A stretch of DNA of 64,000 nucleotides from Syntrophomonadaceae bacterium (GTDB lineage Bacteria; Bacillota; Syntrophomonadia; Syntrophomonadales; DTU052), in assembly GCA_012728655.1 (NCBI GenBank), contig JAAYEQ010000005.1, positions 2,547-66,546 on the forward strand, in the 5' to 3' direction. Positions 56,001 through 64,000 of the stretch are shown here, piece after piece (positions within the stretch are counted from its first letter, which is position 1; every line of letters starts with the position of its first letter). Under the pieces are notes generated by a model. It did not search any database and was not told the origin of the DNA. It worked only from the letters and a program-made list of their open reading frames with translations. The translations under genes were made by a program, and so were the position numbers.

Positions 56001-57637
56001 CGGGGGATCCCCCCTTTGGGGCCTGAATCCTCATCGGGTTTGGGCGGTTCAGGCCTCTGTCCGGAGGCTTCTCCGGTTTGATTGGGACCGGCGATAAACG
56101 GGGGACGTTTAATCCGGCTCCACCAGGGCAATCTTACCACGCTGTCGCCGAGACCGGCGGGGACCAGCGGCAAAAGGGGTTCGGCATAGGATATGCCGAA
56201 GGAGCGCAGTGATGCCAGGTGGATTAGCAAGGCGGCAAATCCCCAGATGGCCCCGTACAATCCCAGAGTACCTCCCAGGATTAAGAATACAAAACGCAGC
56301 ATTCTTGCGGCAATCCCCATGCTGAATATGGGGCATGACAAAGACGCAATGGCGGTTAATGAAACCGTGATCACCATAAACGGGGAGACCAAACCGGCTT
56401 GAACCGCTATCTGACCCAGAAACAGAACCCCCAGGATGCTGACGGCCGGACCGAATACCAGGGGAACCCGAACCGTGGCTTCCCGTAAGATTTCAAAAGC
56501 TACGTCCAGTATGATCGCCTCAACCAGGGCGGGAAAAGGAATCCCCTCCCGCTGAGCGGCGATGGAGATTGCCAGGTTGGTGGGAATCATCTCCTGGTGA
56601 TAGGTCACCGCAGCGACAAAGAAAGTCGGCAGCAACAGGGCGATAAAGAATAGGAACAAACGCAGCAACCGCAGGAGACTCCCGATCATGAACCGTTCAA
56701 AGTAGTCATCGGGGACGGACAGGAACATGAACAGGTTGCAGGGCACAATGAGAGTGAAAGGGGTCCCGTCCGTAAGAATGGCTATCCGCCCTTCCAAAAG
56801 AGCGCCGACCACCCGGTCCACCCTTTCGGTGCGCAGGACGGTGGGGAACGGAGAGAAAGGATTGTCCTCGATGAACTCTTCCAGTACTCCCGATCCCTGA
56901 ATGCTGTCGACCGAGACGCGGTCAATCCGGTCTCGTACTTCCTGCACCACCTCATCTTTGGCTACCCCCTCAATATAGACCACGGCGATGAAGGTGCGGC
57001 CAATGGCCCCCACTGTGCGCTCCTCCACCCGCAGCCGCGGATCGTGTATGCGCCGGCGGATGATGCTGGTGTTGGTTCTCAGGGTTTCCACAAAGGCTTC
57101 TTTTGAACCCCTTATGGTCGGTTCAGTTGTGGATGATTCAATGTTCCTCTGCCTCCAGCCCTTGACATCGGCTATCAGGGCCAGGTTATGGCCGTCAACC
57201 ATGATAGCCGAGTTGCCGAAGCAGATCTCTCTCAGCAGATCCTCCATCCGACCCACTTCGGACAGTTCATCTTTCGCGATTAAACGGGACTTCAGCTCAT
57301 TGTAAATGTCGGCCGGGGAAGGTTCATCCAGAGCAGGCCAATCGGAGAGAACGCCAATCGGTCTGAGTATTCCCTGGATGACCATTTGGTCATCGACCAG
57401 TCCGTCGATATGCACCACCAGTACTTCGACATCCGAATAGGCCCCGAAGTTTATACGGCGTACGCTGAGATCAGAGCTGTCGCCGAAGGCTTCGCGAATC
57501 CTTTTTTCGTTGTCGGATATGCTGGTGCTGATGTCTCCGGAGGCAAAAACATCCGGTTCCAGGGAGCAATGAACCAAGTGTTCCCCGGGGGTGCCGGATT
57601 CTTTGCTGTTGCGGGATATCCGGAATCGACGTCTCAT
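55997..57637 (-). CDS. Ger(x)A-family germinant receptor subunit
   Basis: 546 aa. Soluble N-terminal domain plus C-terminal TM bundle. Motifs TEPTIRGSKEAFVE and PTVLRTERVD, as in GerAA/GerKA. Confidence 0.9.
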   Translation of the reverse strand: MRRRFRISRNSKESGTPGEHLVHCSLEPDVFASGDISTSISDNEKRIREAFGDSSDLSVRRINFGAYSDVEVLVVHIDGLVDDQMVIQGILRPIGVLSDWPALDEPSPADIYNELKSRLIAKDELSEVGRMEDLLREICFGNSAIMVDGHNLALIADVKGWRQRNIESSTTEPTIRGSKEAFVETLRTNTSIIRRRIHDPRLRVEERTVGAIGRTFIAVVYIEGVAKDEVVQEVRDRIDRVSVDSIQGSGVLEEFIEDNPFSPFPTVLRTERVDRVVGALLEGRIAILTDGTPFTLIVPCNLFMFLSVPDDYFERFMIGSLLRLLRLFLFFIALLLPTFFVAAVTYHQEMIPTNLAISIAAQREGIPFPALVEAIILDVAFEILREATVRVPLVFGPAVSILGVLFLGQIAVQAGLVSPFMVITVSLTAIASLSCPIFSMGIAARMLRFVFLILGGTLGLYGAIWGFAALLIHLASLRSFGISYAEPLLPLVPAGLGDSVVRLPWWSRIKRPPFIAGPNQTGEASGQRPEPPKPDEDSGPKGGIPR

Positions 57638-57902
57638 TTTGCCTGCACTCCGTATGCATCACCGCCGCTATTCTCTCCGGCGGGGCGGCTCGCAATTTGG
57701 TATCGGCCGCTGGCATCGCGGGTCCATCCGTGACGAAAAAGAAGAACCGACTTCTGAAAGGGCCCGCTGCAGACCAGGCCCGGCGGCTGCATGGTTTGCA
57801 TGTGCGGTGGTACCAAGATCTAAAATCTGCGGTTGCCTGGCTTTTTATGCATTTTCCCCCAAACAGAGGCAACAACATATCCGGTAAACTGCACACCCAG
57901 AG

Positions 57903-57933
57903 TGAATAAATGGGGATTATGGGTTATATACTA
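57903..57933 (+). promoter_or_regulatory. Candidate forespore (sigma-G/F-type) promoter of spoVT
   Basis: TGAATA (57903-57908), 18 nt, TATACTA (57927-57933), compared with consensus GHATR-N17/18-CATxxTA. Confidence 0.4.
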
Positions 57934-57982
57934 TCAGTGAGTAAGAGAACCATAACCATGAAAAAAAGGAGGGATAGACCTA

Positions 57983-58546
57983 GTGAAAGCAACAGGCATC
58001 GTACGGCGGATTGATGACCTGGGGCGTGTGGTAATCCCGAAAGAGATTAGGAGAACCTTGCGCATCAGAGAAGGAGATCCCCTTGAGATTTTTGTCGACC
58101 GCGATGGAGAAGTAATTCTCAAGAAATATTCGCCTATCGGGGAACTGGGAGACTTCGCCAAGGAATATGCGGACTCTCTCCACGAAGCCATTGGACACAT
58201 TGCCCTGATTGCCGACCGTGACAACATTATCGCCGTAGCCGGAGCGCCCAAGAAGGAGTTTCTTAACAAGGCCATCGGTCCCGGCGTGGAAAAAACTCTG
58301 GAAGAACGCAAAGTGGCAGTCATAAACGATCTTAAAGAGCATCCCCACTGCAAACAGTGCCCGGTTAATGAATCTGAAGGCGGTTGCAAGGTGACTGCTG
58401 AGGTGATCGCCCCCATAATATCCCAGGGAGACCCTATCGGGGCCGTCATAATCATGTCAAAGGAACCGGGTGTAAAAATGGGAGAACTGGAGGTCAAACT
58501 GGCCGAAACCGCAGCCGGGTTTTTGGCCAAACAGATGGAACAATAA
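57983..58546 (+). CDS. spoVT: Stage V sporulation protein T
   Basis: AbrB-type N-terminus KATGIVRRIDDLGRVVIPKEIRRTLRI plus a GAF-like C-terminal domain; synteny after mfd. Confidence 0.92.
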   Translation: MKATGIVRRIDDLGRVVIPKEIRRTLRIREGDPLEIFVDRDGEVILKKYSPIGELGDFAKEYADSLHEAIGHIALIADRDNIIAVAGAPKKEFLNKAIGPGVEKTLEERKVAVINDLKEHPHCKQCPVNESEGGCKVTAEVIAPIISQGDPIGAVIIMSKEPGVKMGELEVKLAETAAGFLAKQMEQ

Positions 58547-58561
58547 CCAAAGGAGCCATTT

Positions 58562-58588
58562 AACGGCCTTGCAAAAGGCCGTTTTTTT
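58562..58588 (+). terminator. Rho-independent terminator after spoVT
   Basis: AACGGCCTT-gcaa-AAGGCCGTT followed by TTTTT. Confidence 0.85.
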
Positions 58589-58852
58589 GACTTTCAGTGT
58601 CCCGTCGATATAAACATGGAAGTATAAAGATGGGGTTTTTCAGCAAGAACCGGTCGGTTTGCGATCAGCCGGCCGGTGTTGTCTTTACGAACGGCTGACA
58701 GAAATTTCACCCATTTCCGGATTTTGATCCGGCGAATGAATTTTTACGTTTTCCCCGGTCGATAATGATACAATACACTCAGGGTCTGTCGGGCCTTTTA
58801 TAAGTTGGTGGTCCCAGCGGACCTGTACCAAGCGGACATCGGAGAGGAGATA

Positions 58853-60409
58853 TTGAGCAGGAAAAGCTTTCTTAAAGGTGCCTTCATCCTGGGAATAGCC
58901 GGCGTGGTCAGCAAGCTCCTGGGGGCTGTGTACCGGATACCTTTGGCGCGGCTGCTGGGCGGTGAAGGGATGGGCCTCTACCAGATGGCCTATCCTATTT
59001 ATACAACTATACTGGCCCTGGCTACTGCCGGGGTGCCGGTGGCCATCTCGATTATGGTAGCCCGCAAAGAATCCAGCGGTTTGAGCGGGGACAGCCGCAG
59101 AATCTTCCGGGTTTCATTTATAATGCTGTTTATAATCGGCGTGGTCCTGTCGACAGCAGTCTTTTTGTCGGCCGATTTTTTGGCCCGAGAAGTCCTGCGC
59201 CAGCCTAAAGCGTTTCTGCCCATTGCCGCCGTGGCCCCGGCCATATTTTTTGCCGGAATGCTGTGTGTTTTTCGCGGCTATTTCCAGGGGCATCAGTGGA
59301 TGGTACCCACTGCGGTATCCCAGGTTGTGGAACAGATTTTTCGGGTCGCTTTTGTGCTGATTCTGGCCTTCTGGCTTTTCCCGCGGGGTCTGGACCTGGC
59401 CGCAGCCGGAGCCACTTTCGGTGCGGTTATCGGAGCGGTGGCCGGCCTTATCGTTCTGATAATATTTTATGTAAAGTTTCGCAGACGTCCGGTGCCGGGC
59501 GAGAGCCTGAAATACTCACATGAATCCTCACGCCAATTGGCGGTACAGTTGATTAAACTGGCGGTGCCGGTATCCCTGGGGGCGATGGTGGTGCCCCTGG
59601 TGCAGATGCTGGATGCGGTTATTGTGCCCACGCGCCTGATATCAACCGGTTTTTCCGTGTCGCGGGCTACCGAGCTGTATGGACAGCTTTCCGGCATGGC
59701 TTCGGTGCTCATCAATCTTCCCACCATCTTTACCATCGCTATTGCCACCAGCCTGGTGCCGGCCGTAGCCGAGGCGGTATCAATGCAAGACCGGCCCGTG
59801 GTGCGACAGCGCATCAATGAAGGCCTCCGGGTGGCGATGCTCCTGGCTTTGCCCTCGGCCGCCGGTCTCTGTGTCCTGGCTTATCCGATTACCGATCTTC
59901 TCTTTGCCGCCCCCGAAGCGGGCATACCCCTGGCCTATCTGTCTTTTTCGGTTATTGTCCTGGCCCTCTTCCAGGTAACCAGTGCCGCACTGCAGGGTAT
60001 GGGGCATCCCGAGATACCTCTGCGGCACCTGATGATTACCGGGCTCCTGAAAGTATTTTTCAACTATTATCTGACCGGAATAGTCTATTTGAATATAAAA
60101 GGCCCAGCTATAGGCACCAGTCTGGCGTTTCTGGTGGGGTCCGCTCTTAATATGGTCCAACTGGCCCGCCGCACCGGGGTTCGTTTTGAGTGGGGTCGAT
60201 TTGTTAAACTGGCTCTGATAACGGCGATGATGGGCATAGTGGTTATTCTGTCCTATGACAGTATGGTCTTCCGGGGGGTTTATTCTCATTTTGCCACCCT
60301 GGTTGCCATAGCGATAGGAGTAGGCGTTTACGGATTGGCCCTCCTGGTCACAAGGGAGTTGGACCTGGCGCTGATCCGGCGGTTATTGAGGTTTGGCAGA
60401 GGTGGTTGA
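58853..60409 (+). CDS. MOP-superfamily flippase (SpoVB/YabM/MurJ-like polysaccharide biosynthesis protein)
   Basis: About 14 TM segments. N-terminal FLKGAFILGIAGVVSKLLGAVYRIPLARLLG typical of the family. TTG 58853 after GGAGAGGAG. Confidence 0.85.
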   Translation: MSRKSFLKGAFILGIAGVVSKLLGAVYRIPLARLLGGEGMGLYQMAYPIYTTILALATAGVPVAISIMVARKESSGLSGDSRRIFRVSFIMLFIIGVVLSTAVFLSADFLAREVLRQPKAFLPIAAVAPAIFFAGMLCVFRGYFQGHQWMVPTAVSQVVEQIFRVAFVLILAFWLFPRGLDLAAAGATFGAVIGAVAGLIVLIIFYVKFRRRPVPGESLKYSHESSRQLAVQLIKLAVPVSLGAMVVPLVQMLDAVIVPTRLISTGFSVSRATELYGQLSGMASVLINLPTIFTIAIATSLVPAVAEAVSMQDRPVVRQRINEGLRVAMLLALPSAAGLCVLAYPITDLLFAAPEAGIPLAYLSFSVIVLALFQVTSAALQGMGHPEIPLRHLMITGLLKVFFNYYLTGIVYLNIKGPAIGTSLAFLVGSALNMVQLARRTGVRFEWGRFVKLALITAMMGIVVILSYDSMVFRGVYSHFATLVAIAIGVGVYGLALLVTRELDLALIRRLLRFGRGG

Positions 60410-60413
60410 AGTT

Positions 60414-61184
60414 ATGACAGGCAAAGCGGTTACAGAACTGGTGCAGACAATGAGAACTTTATTGTCACCGCAGGGGTGTCCCTGGGACCGGGAACAGACC
60501 CATAAATCATTGACCAGATATCTGATAGAGGAGACCTATGAGGTAATTGAGGCTATCGATGAGGGCGATATGGATAAACTGCGGGAGGAATTGGGAGACT
60601 TACTATTGCAAGTGGTGTTCCACGCGGCTTTAGCCGAGCGTTCCGGTCACTTCGATTTGGATGACGTTGCCGATACCGTGAACCAAAAGATGATAAACCG
60701 GCATCCCCATGTTTTCGGGAGGATGGAGATCAACACCAGCGATGAGGTAATGCAGAACTGGGAAGGTTTTAAACGCGAAGAAGGGAAAACATCAATTCTG
60801 GAGGGCATACCGAGGATACTTCCTGCGCTGCTGCGGGCGTACAAGCTCCAGGAAAAAGCACAAAGGGTCGGCTTCGACTGGCCGCAAATAGACGGGGCTT
60901 TGGAAAAGCTGCAAGAAGAAATCGAAGAGTATGTCGCCGCCTGCCGAAACAACGACTGTGACCGCAAAGAGGATGAGATGGGCGATATCCTGTTTGCGGT
61001 GGTGAACATTGCACGGATGTCAGGAGTGGAGCCGGAACGGGCCTTGCAGAAATGCAATGACAAGTTTACCCGCAGGTTTCAATTCATTGAAGCCCGCTTG
61101 CGCGAAGAGGGCTGTTCCCTGGAGGATGCCGGTCTGGAACGGATGGACAACCTATGGAATGAGGCCAAAAAGCGGGGCTTGTAG
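60414..61184 (+). CDS. mazG: Nucleoside triphosphate pyrophosphohydrolase MazG (tandem MazG domains, no methylase domain)
   Basis: CPWDREQTH, EETYEV..AI, EELGDLLLQVVFH motifs, and a second EExGDxLF repeat (EMGDILFAVVNIA). Confidence 0.9.
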   Translation: MTGKAVTELVQTMRTLLSPQGCPWDREQTHKSLTRYLIEETYEVIEAIDEGDMDKLREELGDLLLQVVFHAALAERSGHFDLDDVADTVNQKMINRHPHVFGRMEINTSDEVMQNWEGFKREEGKTSILEGIPRILPALLRAYKLQEKAQRVGFDWPQIDGALEKLQEEIEEYVAACRNNDCDRKEDEMGDILFAVVNIARMSGVEPERALQKCNDKFTRRFQFIEARLREEGCSLEDAGLERMDNLWNEAKKRGL

Positions 61185-61328
61185 CGAGTGCTGCTATCCC
61201 GTCAGCTTCGAGGGCCCCTGTTGATCTGGGACCATGGAACTATTTTTGTCTGGAAAAGCAGGAAATTACTAATTAATAGAGAATAGGCTCTAAAGCAAAT
61301 CCCAAATTTCGTCAAAGGAGGGTAATGG

Positions 61329-61601
61329 ATGAATAAAGCCGAATTAATCAGTGATGTCGCGGCCAGATCCAGTATGACCAAAAAAGACGTGGAAAAAGTT
61401 GTGAGCGCTCTTTTTTCATCGATTGAAGAAAGCCTGAAAAGGCAGGAAAAAGTGCAGTTGGTCGGGTTTGGTACTTTCGAAGTACGCGATCGTAAACCTC
61501 GCACCGGGCGCAATCCTCAAACCGGGGAGGAAATCAAGATACCAGCCAGTAGAGTTCCAGCTTTTAAGGCCGGCAAGAATCTTAGAAACGCAGTTGTATA
61601 G
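61329..61601 (+). CDS. hup: DNA-binding protein HU
   Basis: MNKAELI...[38 protein letters not shown]. Confidence 0.95.
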   Translation: MNKAELISDVAARSSMTKKDVEKVVSALFSSIEESLKRQEKVQLVGFGTFEVRDRKPRTGRNPQTGEEIKIPASRVPAFKAGKNLRNAVV

Positions 61602-61861
61602 TGCGTCTGGATAAGTACCTCAAGGTTTCTCGGCTCATAAAGCGGCGCACGGTGGCCAAAGAGTTTGCGGAAAATGAGAGGATAACAGTTAACGGCCGGG
61701 TAGCGAAACCATCCACGAAAGTAAATGTGGGTGACATACTGACAATTCACATGGGCGGACGTCAGATTACGGTTGAGATACTGGAGTTAAAAGACAACGT
61801 AAAAACGGGCGAAGCACAGTCCCTATACCGGGTTGTTAACGAAGAACCACCTCGTGATTGA
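61601..61861 (+). CDS. yabO: S4-domain RNA-binding protein (YabO-like)
   Basis: MRLDKYLKVSRLIKRRT S4 motif, 86 aa. GTG start overlapping the hup stop. Confidence 0.85.
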   Translation: MRLDKYLKVSRLIKRRTVAKEFAENERITVNGRVAKPSTKVNVGDILTIHMGGRQITVEILELKDNVKTGEAQSLYRVVNEEPPRD

Positions 61862-61876
61862 GGTGGTTTTATTTTT
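61845..61876 (+). terminator. Rho-independent terminator after yabO
   Basis: AACCACCT-cgtgattg-AGGTGGTT followed by TTATTTTT. Confidence 0.8.
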
Positions 61877-62061
61877 CCTTCTTTCCGCCGGGCTTCTGTG
61901 TCAATTCCCTTTTCCCCGTCTCATATTAAAGCCCTGCTCAACATATATATTCTTAGGCCGGAACCCGGCATTGGAAAACATTCGGTATTGATCCGCCCAT
62001 CAGCCAATGGGTGGCTGCGGCCGCTAGGGTCTTGACTTCTTGGCGGAGAGGAGGAATTACA

Positions 62062-62331
62062 GTGCAGGACCACTGTCTTACGCTCAGCAATCGCGAGCTC
62101 TTGGAGGCAACCGGGGTATTGTTTGTCAACAGTTTTGACGACCGCGAGGTTGTACTGGACACCACCCATGGTTCCTTGTGTTTGCGCGGAGAGGAACTGC
62201 ATATCAGCCAGCTAAGCCTGGATGAGGGCAGGGTGGTGGTTCAAGGGAAGCTGGCAGTAATCGAATATAAATCGCCGGGCAAGAGCCTTAAAGGGAGAGG
62301 GAAGAGTCTGGCCGAGAGGATTTTGAAGTGA
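62062..62331 (+). CDS. yabP: Sporulation protein YabP
   Basis: H.L.L.NRE.L...GV..V.SFDD.EV.L.T..G.L...GE.LHI..L.L..G...V.G pattern. GTG 62062 after GGAGAGGAGG. Confidence 0.85.
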   Translation: MQDHCLTLSNRELLEATGVLFVNSFDDREVVLDTTHGSLCLRGEELHISQLSLDEGRVVVQGKLAVIEYKSPGKSLKGRGKSLAERILK

Positions 62332-62353
62332 TACAGGAGGCCGTGTAGACGAA

Positions 62354-62740
62354 ATGTGGAGTCAGGCCTGGGAGTTTTTGCTTACCGCCGCCATCGGACT
62401 CATTGTCGCCGGCGTCTTTCATTTCCATCAAAACAATATCAAGCATTTTCCCATCCGGGGTGTCTGGCTGTGGGTGTTTGACCTGTGCGTGTGGCTGGTC
62501 GTTATTCCCCTGGTTTTTGCCGGGCTCCTCCTGATCAACCAGGGAGAAGTACGTTTTCGCACTTTTCTGGCCCTGTTTTTGGGCGGCATTCTGTACATGG
62601 CTTACCTGAAGCCGCTGCTCAGTCGTCCGGTGGAAATGGCCTCATCATATACAGCAAAATCCGTCCGGTCTGTTCTGTCCGTGCTCGCCATTCCGCGGCG
62701 GTTCTTCAAATCGGGGCCACCCCCGGAAGATGGCGAGTAG
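62354..62740 (+). CDS. yabQ: Spore cortex biosynthesis protein YabQ
   Basis: 128 aa, about 4 TM segments, directly after yabP. Confidence 0.75.
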   Translation: MWSQAWEFLLTAAIGLIVAGVFHFHQNNIKHFPIRGVWLWVFDLCVWLVVIPLVFAGLLLINQGEVRFRTFLALFLGGILYMAYLKPLLSRPVEMASSYTAKSVRSVLSVLAIPRRFFKSGPPPEDGE

Positions 62741-62808
62741 CTCCCAGGATATACCGGATCCCTTGCACCTGATACTGCCGCTTGATCCACAAACGGAGAA
62801 GAAAACTT

Positions 62809-62837
62809 TTGACAGGAATTCACTGAGAATGTAATAT
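62809..62837 (+). promoter_or_regulatory. Near-consensus sigma-A promoter for the orphan HTH gene
   Basis: TTGACA (62809-62814), 17 nt, TAATAT (62832-62837). Confidence 0.6.
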
Positions 62838-62846
62838 ATTTATACA

Positions 62847-62868
62847 CATATTGTGGACATATTGTGGA
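62847..62868 (+). repeat. Perfect tandem 11-bp direct repeat (CATATTGTGGA x2)
   Basis: 62847-62857 and 62858-62868 are identical. Located between the -10 hexamer and the RBS of the HTH gene. Confidence 0.9.
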
Positions 62869-62886
62869 TAATCCTGGAGAGCTAGG

Positions 62887-63120
62887 ATGCAGATTGAGAT
62901 TCGGGGTCTGGAGAAGCTGAGCTTCAGGGAAAGACAGGTAGTAGCGTTGAAGGAAATGGGCCGGAAAAATGAAGAGATAGCCCGTATCCTTAATATAACC
63001 ACCAGTACGGTGGCAACCCTGCTTAACCGGGCCCGGGGAAAGGGTTATGAGGTAGTTCTCGTCATACCTGGACAGGCTCTCGGGATTTACGAGGTGAATG
63101 ATGAAGACCAGGCGGACTAA
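62887..63120 (+). CDS. Small LuxR/GerE- or sigma-70-region-4-type HTH protein
   Basis: 77 aa. LSFRERQVVALKEMGRKNEEIARILNITTSTVATLLNRARGKG. RBS GGAG 7 nt before the ATG. Overlaps the divIC start by 23 nt. Confidence 0.65.
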   Translation: MQIEIRGLEKLSFRERQVVALKEMGRKNEEIARILNITTSTVATLLNRARGKGYEVVLVIPGQALGIYEVNDEDQAD

Positions 63121-63421
63121 ACCAAGGAAACGAAAAGCCGGACTGTTCAATTTGAAGTGGCTGGCAGTTTTTCTGGTAATATGTTCGTTGTCTTTCGGTT
63201 CTCAGGCAGTAACCATATGGAAGATGAAGCAGGAAATCAAAGCCCTGACGCTGAAGAAAGAGCGGTTACTTGAGGAAAACAGGCATTATCAGGCTCACCT
63301 GCAGGAGATACAATCCGACGAGATGCTCGAAAAAATGGCCCGCGAAGAGCTGGGTATGATTAAACCCGGTGAAAAGGTTCTGGTAGAAGTACTCCCCCCG
63401 GAAAATAATCAAAATAATTGA
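63098..63421 (+). CDS. divIC: Septum formation initiator (DivIC/FtsB family)
   Basis: Basic N-terminus, single TM (WLAVFLVICSLSF), coiled coil, C-terminal ARE.LGMIKPGE motif. Confidence 0.8.
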   Translation: MMKTRRTKPRKRKAGLFNLKWLAVFLVICSLSFGSQAVTIWKMKQEIKALTLKKERLLEENRHYQAHLQEIQSDEMLEKMAREELGMIKPGEKVLVEVLPPENNQNN

Positions 63422-63492
63422 CATCCTTGGATTTTGTTCTATACAATAATATAGGAATTCTAGTGTGCATTTTTAGGGGGCCTTTTTCTCAC

Positions 63493-63879
63493 ATGCCAAC
63501 CGAACAAAAAGATATCATTCCAGGGCTAATTACGGAAGGCGTTGTTCAAGGAACCACGAAGTTCGGGGCTTTTGTTCAGTTAGAGGACGGAACGGTTGGG
63601 TTGGTGCACATTTCCGAAATAGCCGATACTTACGTTCGCGATGTTAAAGATTACTTGCAAGAAGGAGACCGGGTGCGGGTCAAAGTACTAAACGTTCGGG
63701 ATGGCAAGGTAGGGCTCTCCATCAAGCAGGCTCGTGAACCGGAACGTCCCAAAAAGGATAAAGGAGATCTCGAGGAAAAGCTCATGCGTTTTTTCAAGGA
63801 AAGCGATGAACGATTGCAGTCGCTGAAACTTACCAAGGAACCCAGGAGACGTAATAGGAGCTTTTCAGACACTCCGTGA
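63493..63879 (+). CDS. yabR: S1-domain RNA-binding protein (YabR-like)
   Basis: S1 motif G.V.G.T.FGAFV.LEDGT.GLVHISEIA..YV.DV.DYL..GD.V.VKV. ATG 63493. Confidence 0.85.
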   Translation: MPTEQKDIIPGLITEGVVQGTTKFGAFVQLEDGTVGLVHISEIADTYVRDVKDYLQEGDRVRVKVLNVRDGKVGLSIKQAREPERPKKDKGDLEEKLMRFFKESDERLQSLKLTKEPRRRNRSFSDTP

Positions 63880-63895
63880 AGGAGTGTCTTTATGT
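63867..63895 (+). terminator. Rho-independent terminator after yabR
   Basis: AGACACTCC-gtgaa-GGAGTGTCT followed by a T-rich tract. The stop codon lies in the loop. Confidence 0.7.
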
Positions 63896-64000
63896 GTTTA
63901 TAGATAAAATGAGCTTTTCGAGTGAGGCAGGGGAAATGCAACCTCTGCCTCAATGTATATATAAACCGCAGTTTTTTACAGATTTGGGGGTGGGTTGGTG

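Noticed and set aside
1-64000. CRISPR arrays, tRNA/rRNA genes, IS elements, integrases and prophage genes
   Set aside because: I scanned the intergenic regions and the ORF list. There are no regularly spaced repeats, no cloverleaf-like or rRNA-like sequence, and no transposase, recombinase or phage-structural signatures.

Overview
This window is the origin-proximal housekeeping and sporulation backbone of an endospore-forming Firmicute. Nearly all backbone genes are on the + strand, in the order known from Bacillus subtilis: csfB, yaaO, tmk, yaaR, holB, yaaT, yabA, yabB, yabC(rsmI), abrB, metS, yabD, yabE, ksgA, veg, ispE, gcaD(glmU), prs, ctc, pth, fin, mfd, spoVT, yabM, yabN, hbs, yabO, yabP, yabQ, divIC, yabR. 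The accessory gene content points to an anaerobic Clostridia or Peptococcaceae-like organism (inference only): a four-subunit 2-oxoacid:ferredoxin oxidoreductase, EtfAB, rubrerythrin plus flavodiiron protein, and a sigma-54 activator. Accessory blocks interrupt the backbone:
(a) 13.5-15.5 kb: YkuK-like protein, a hypothetical and a LarE-like protein.
(b) 16.0-22.2 kb: a five-glycosyltransferase, CgeB-type putative spore-surface glycosylation island plus two hypotheticals.
(c) 22.5-29.6 kb: an orphan RHH gene, then a sigma-54 enhancer-binding protein with a canonical -24/-12 promoter driving an acyl-CoA dehydrogenase/SDR/EtfBA operon.
(d) 29.6-33.2 kb: an oxidative-stress cassette (reverse rubrerythrin and an 868-aa five-module flavodiiron protein) behind a perfect 26-bp palindrome.
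(e) 33.4-38.9 kb: a CoA-transferase and a minus-strand 2-oxoacid:ferredoxin oxidoreductase operon ending in a FadR-type regulator, with a matching operator.
(f) 42.3-44.0 kb: a family III CoA-transferase and a macro-domain protein.
(g) A K+/H+ antiporter.
(h) 53.4-57.6 kb: a gerA-type germinant receptor operon.
(i) A 77-aa orphan HTH gene with its own strong promoter and a tandem 11-bp repeat between yabQ and divIC.
By eye I found no rRNA, tRNA, CRISPR array, transposase, integrase or recognisable defence system. All calls rest on motif recognition and synteny from memory; no searches were run. The best candidates for something undescribed are the sigma-54 operon of unknown substrate, the glycosylation island with its Cys-capped neighbour protein, and the orphan HTH module.
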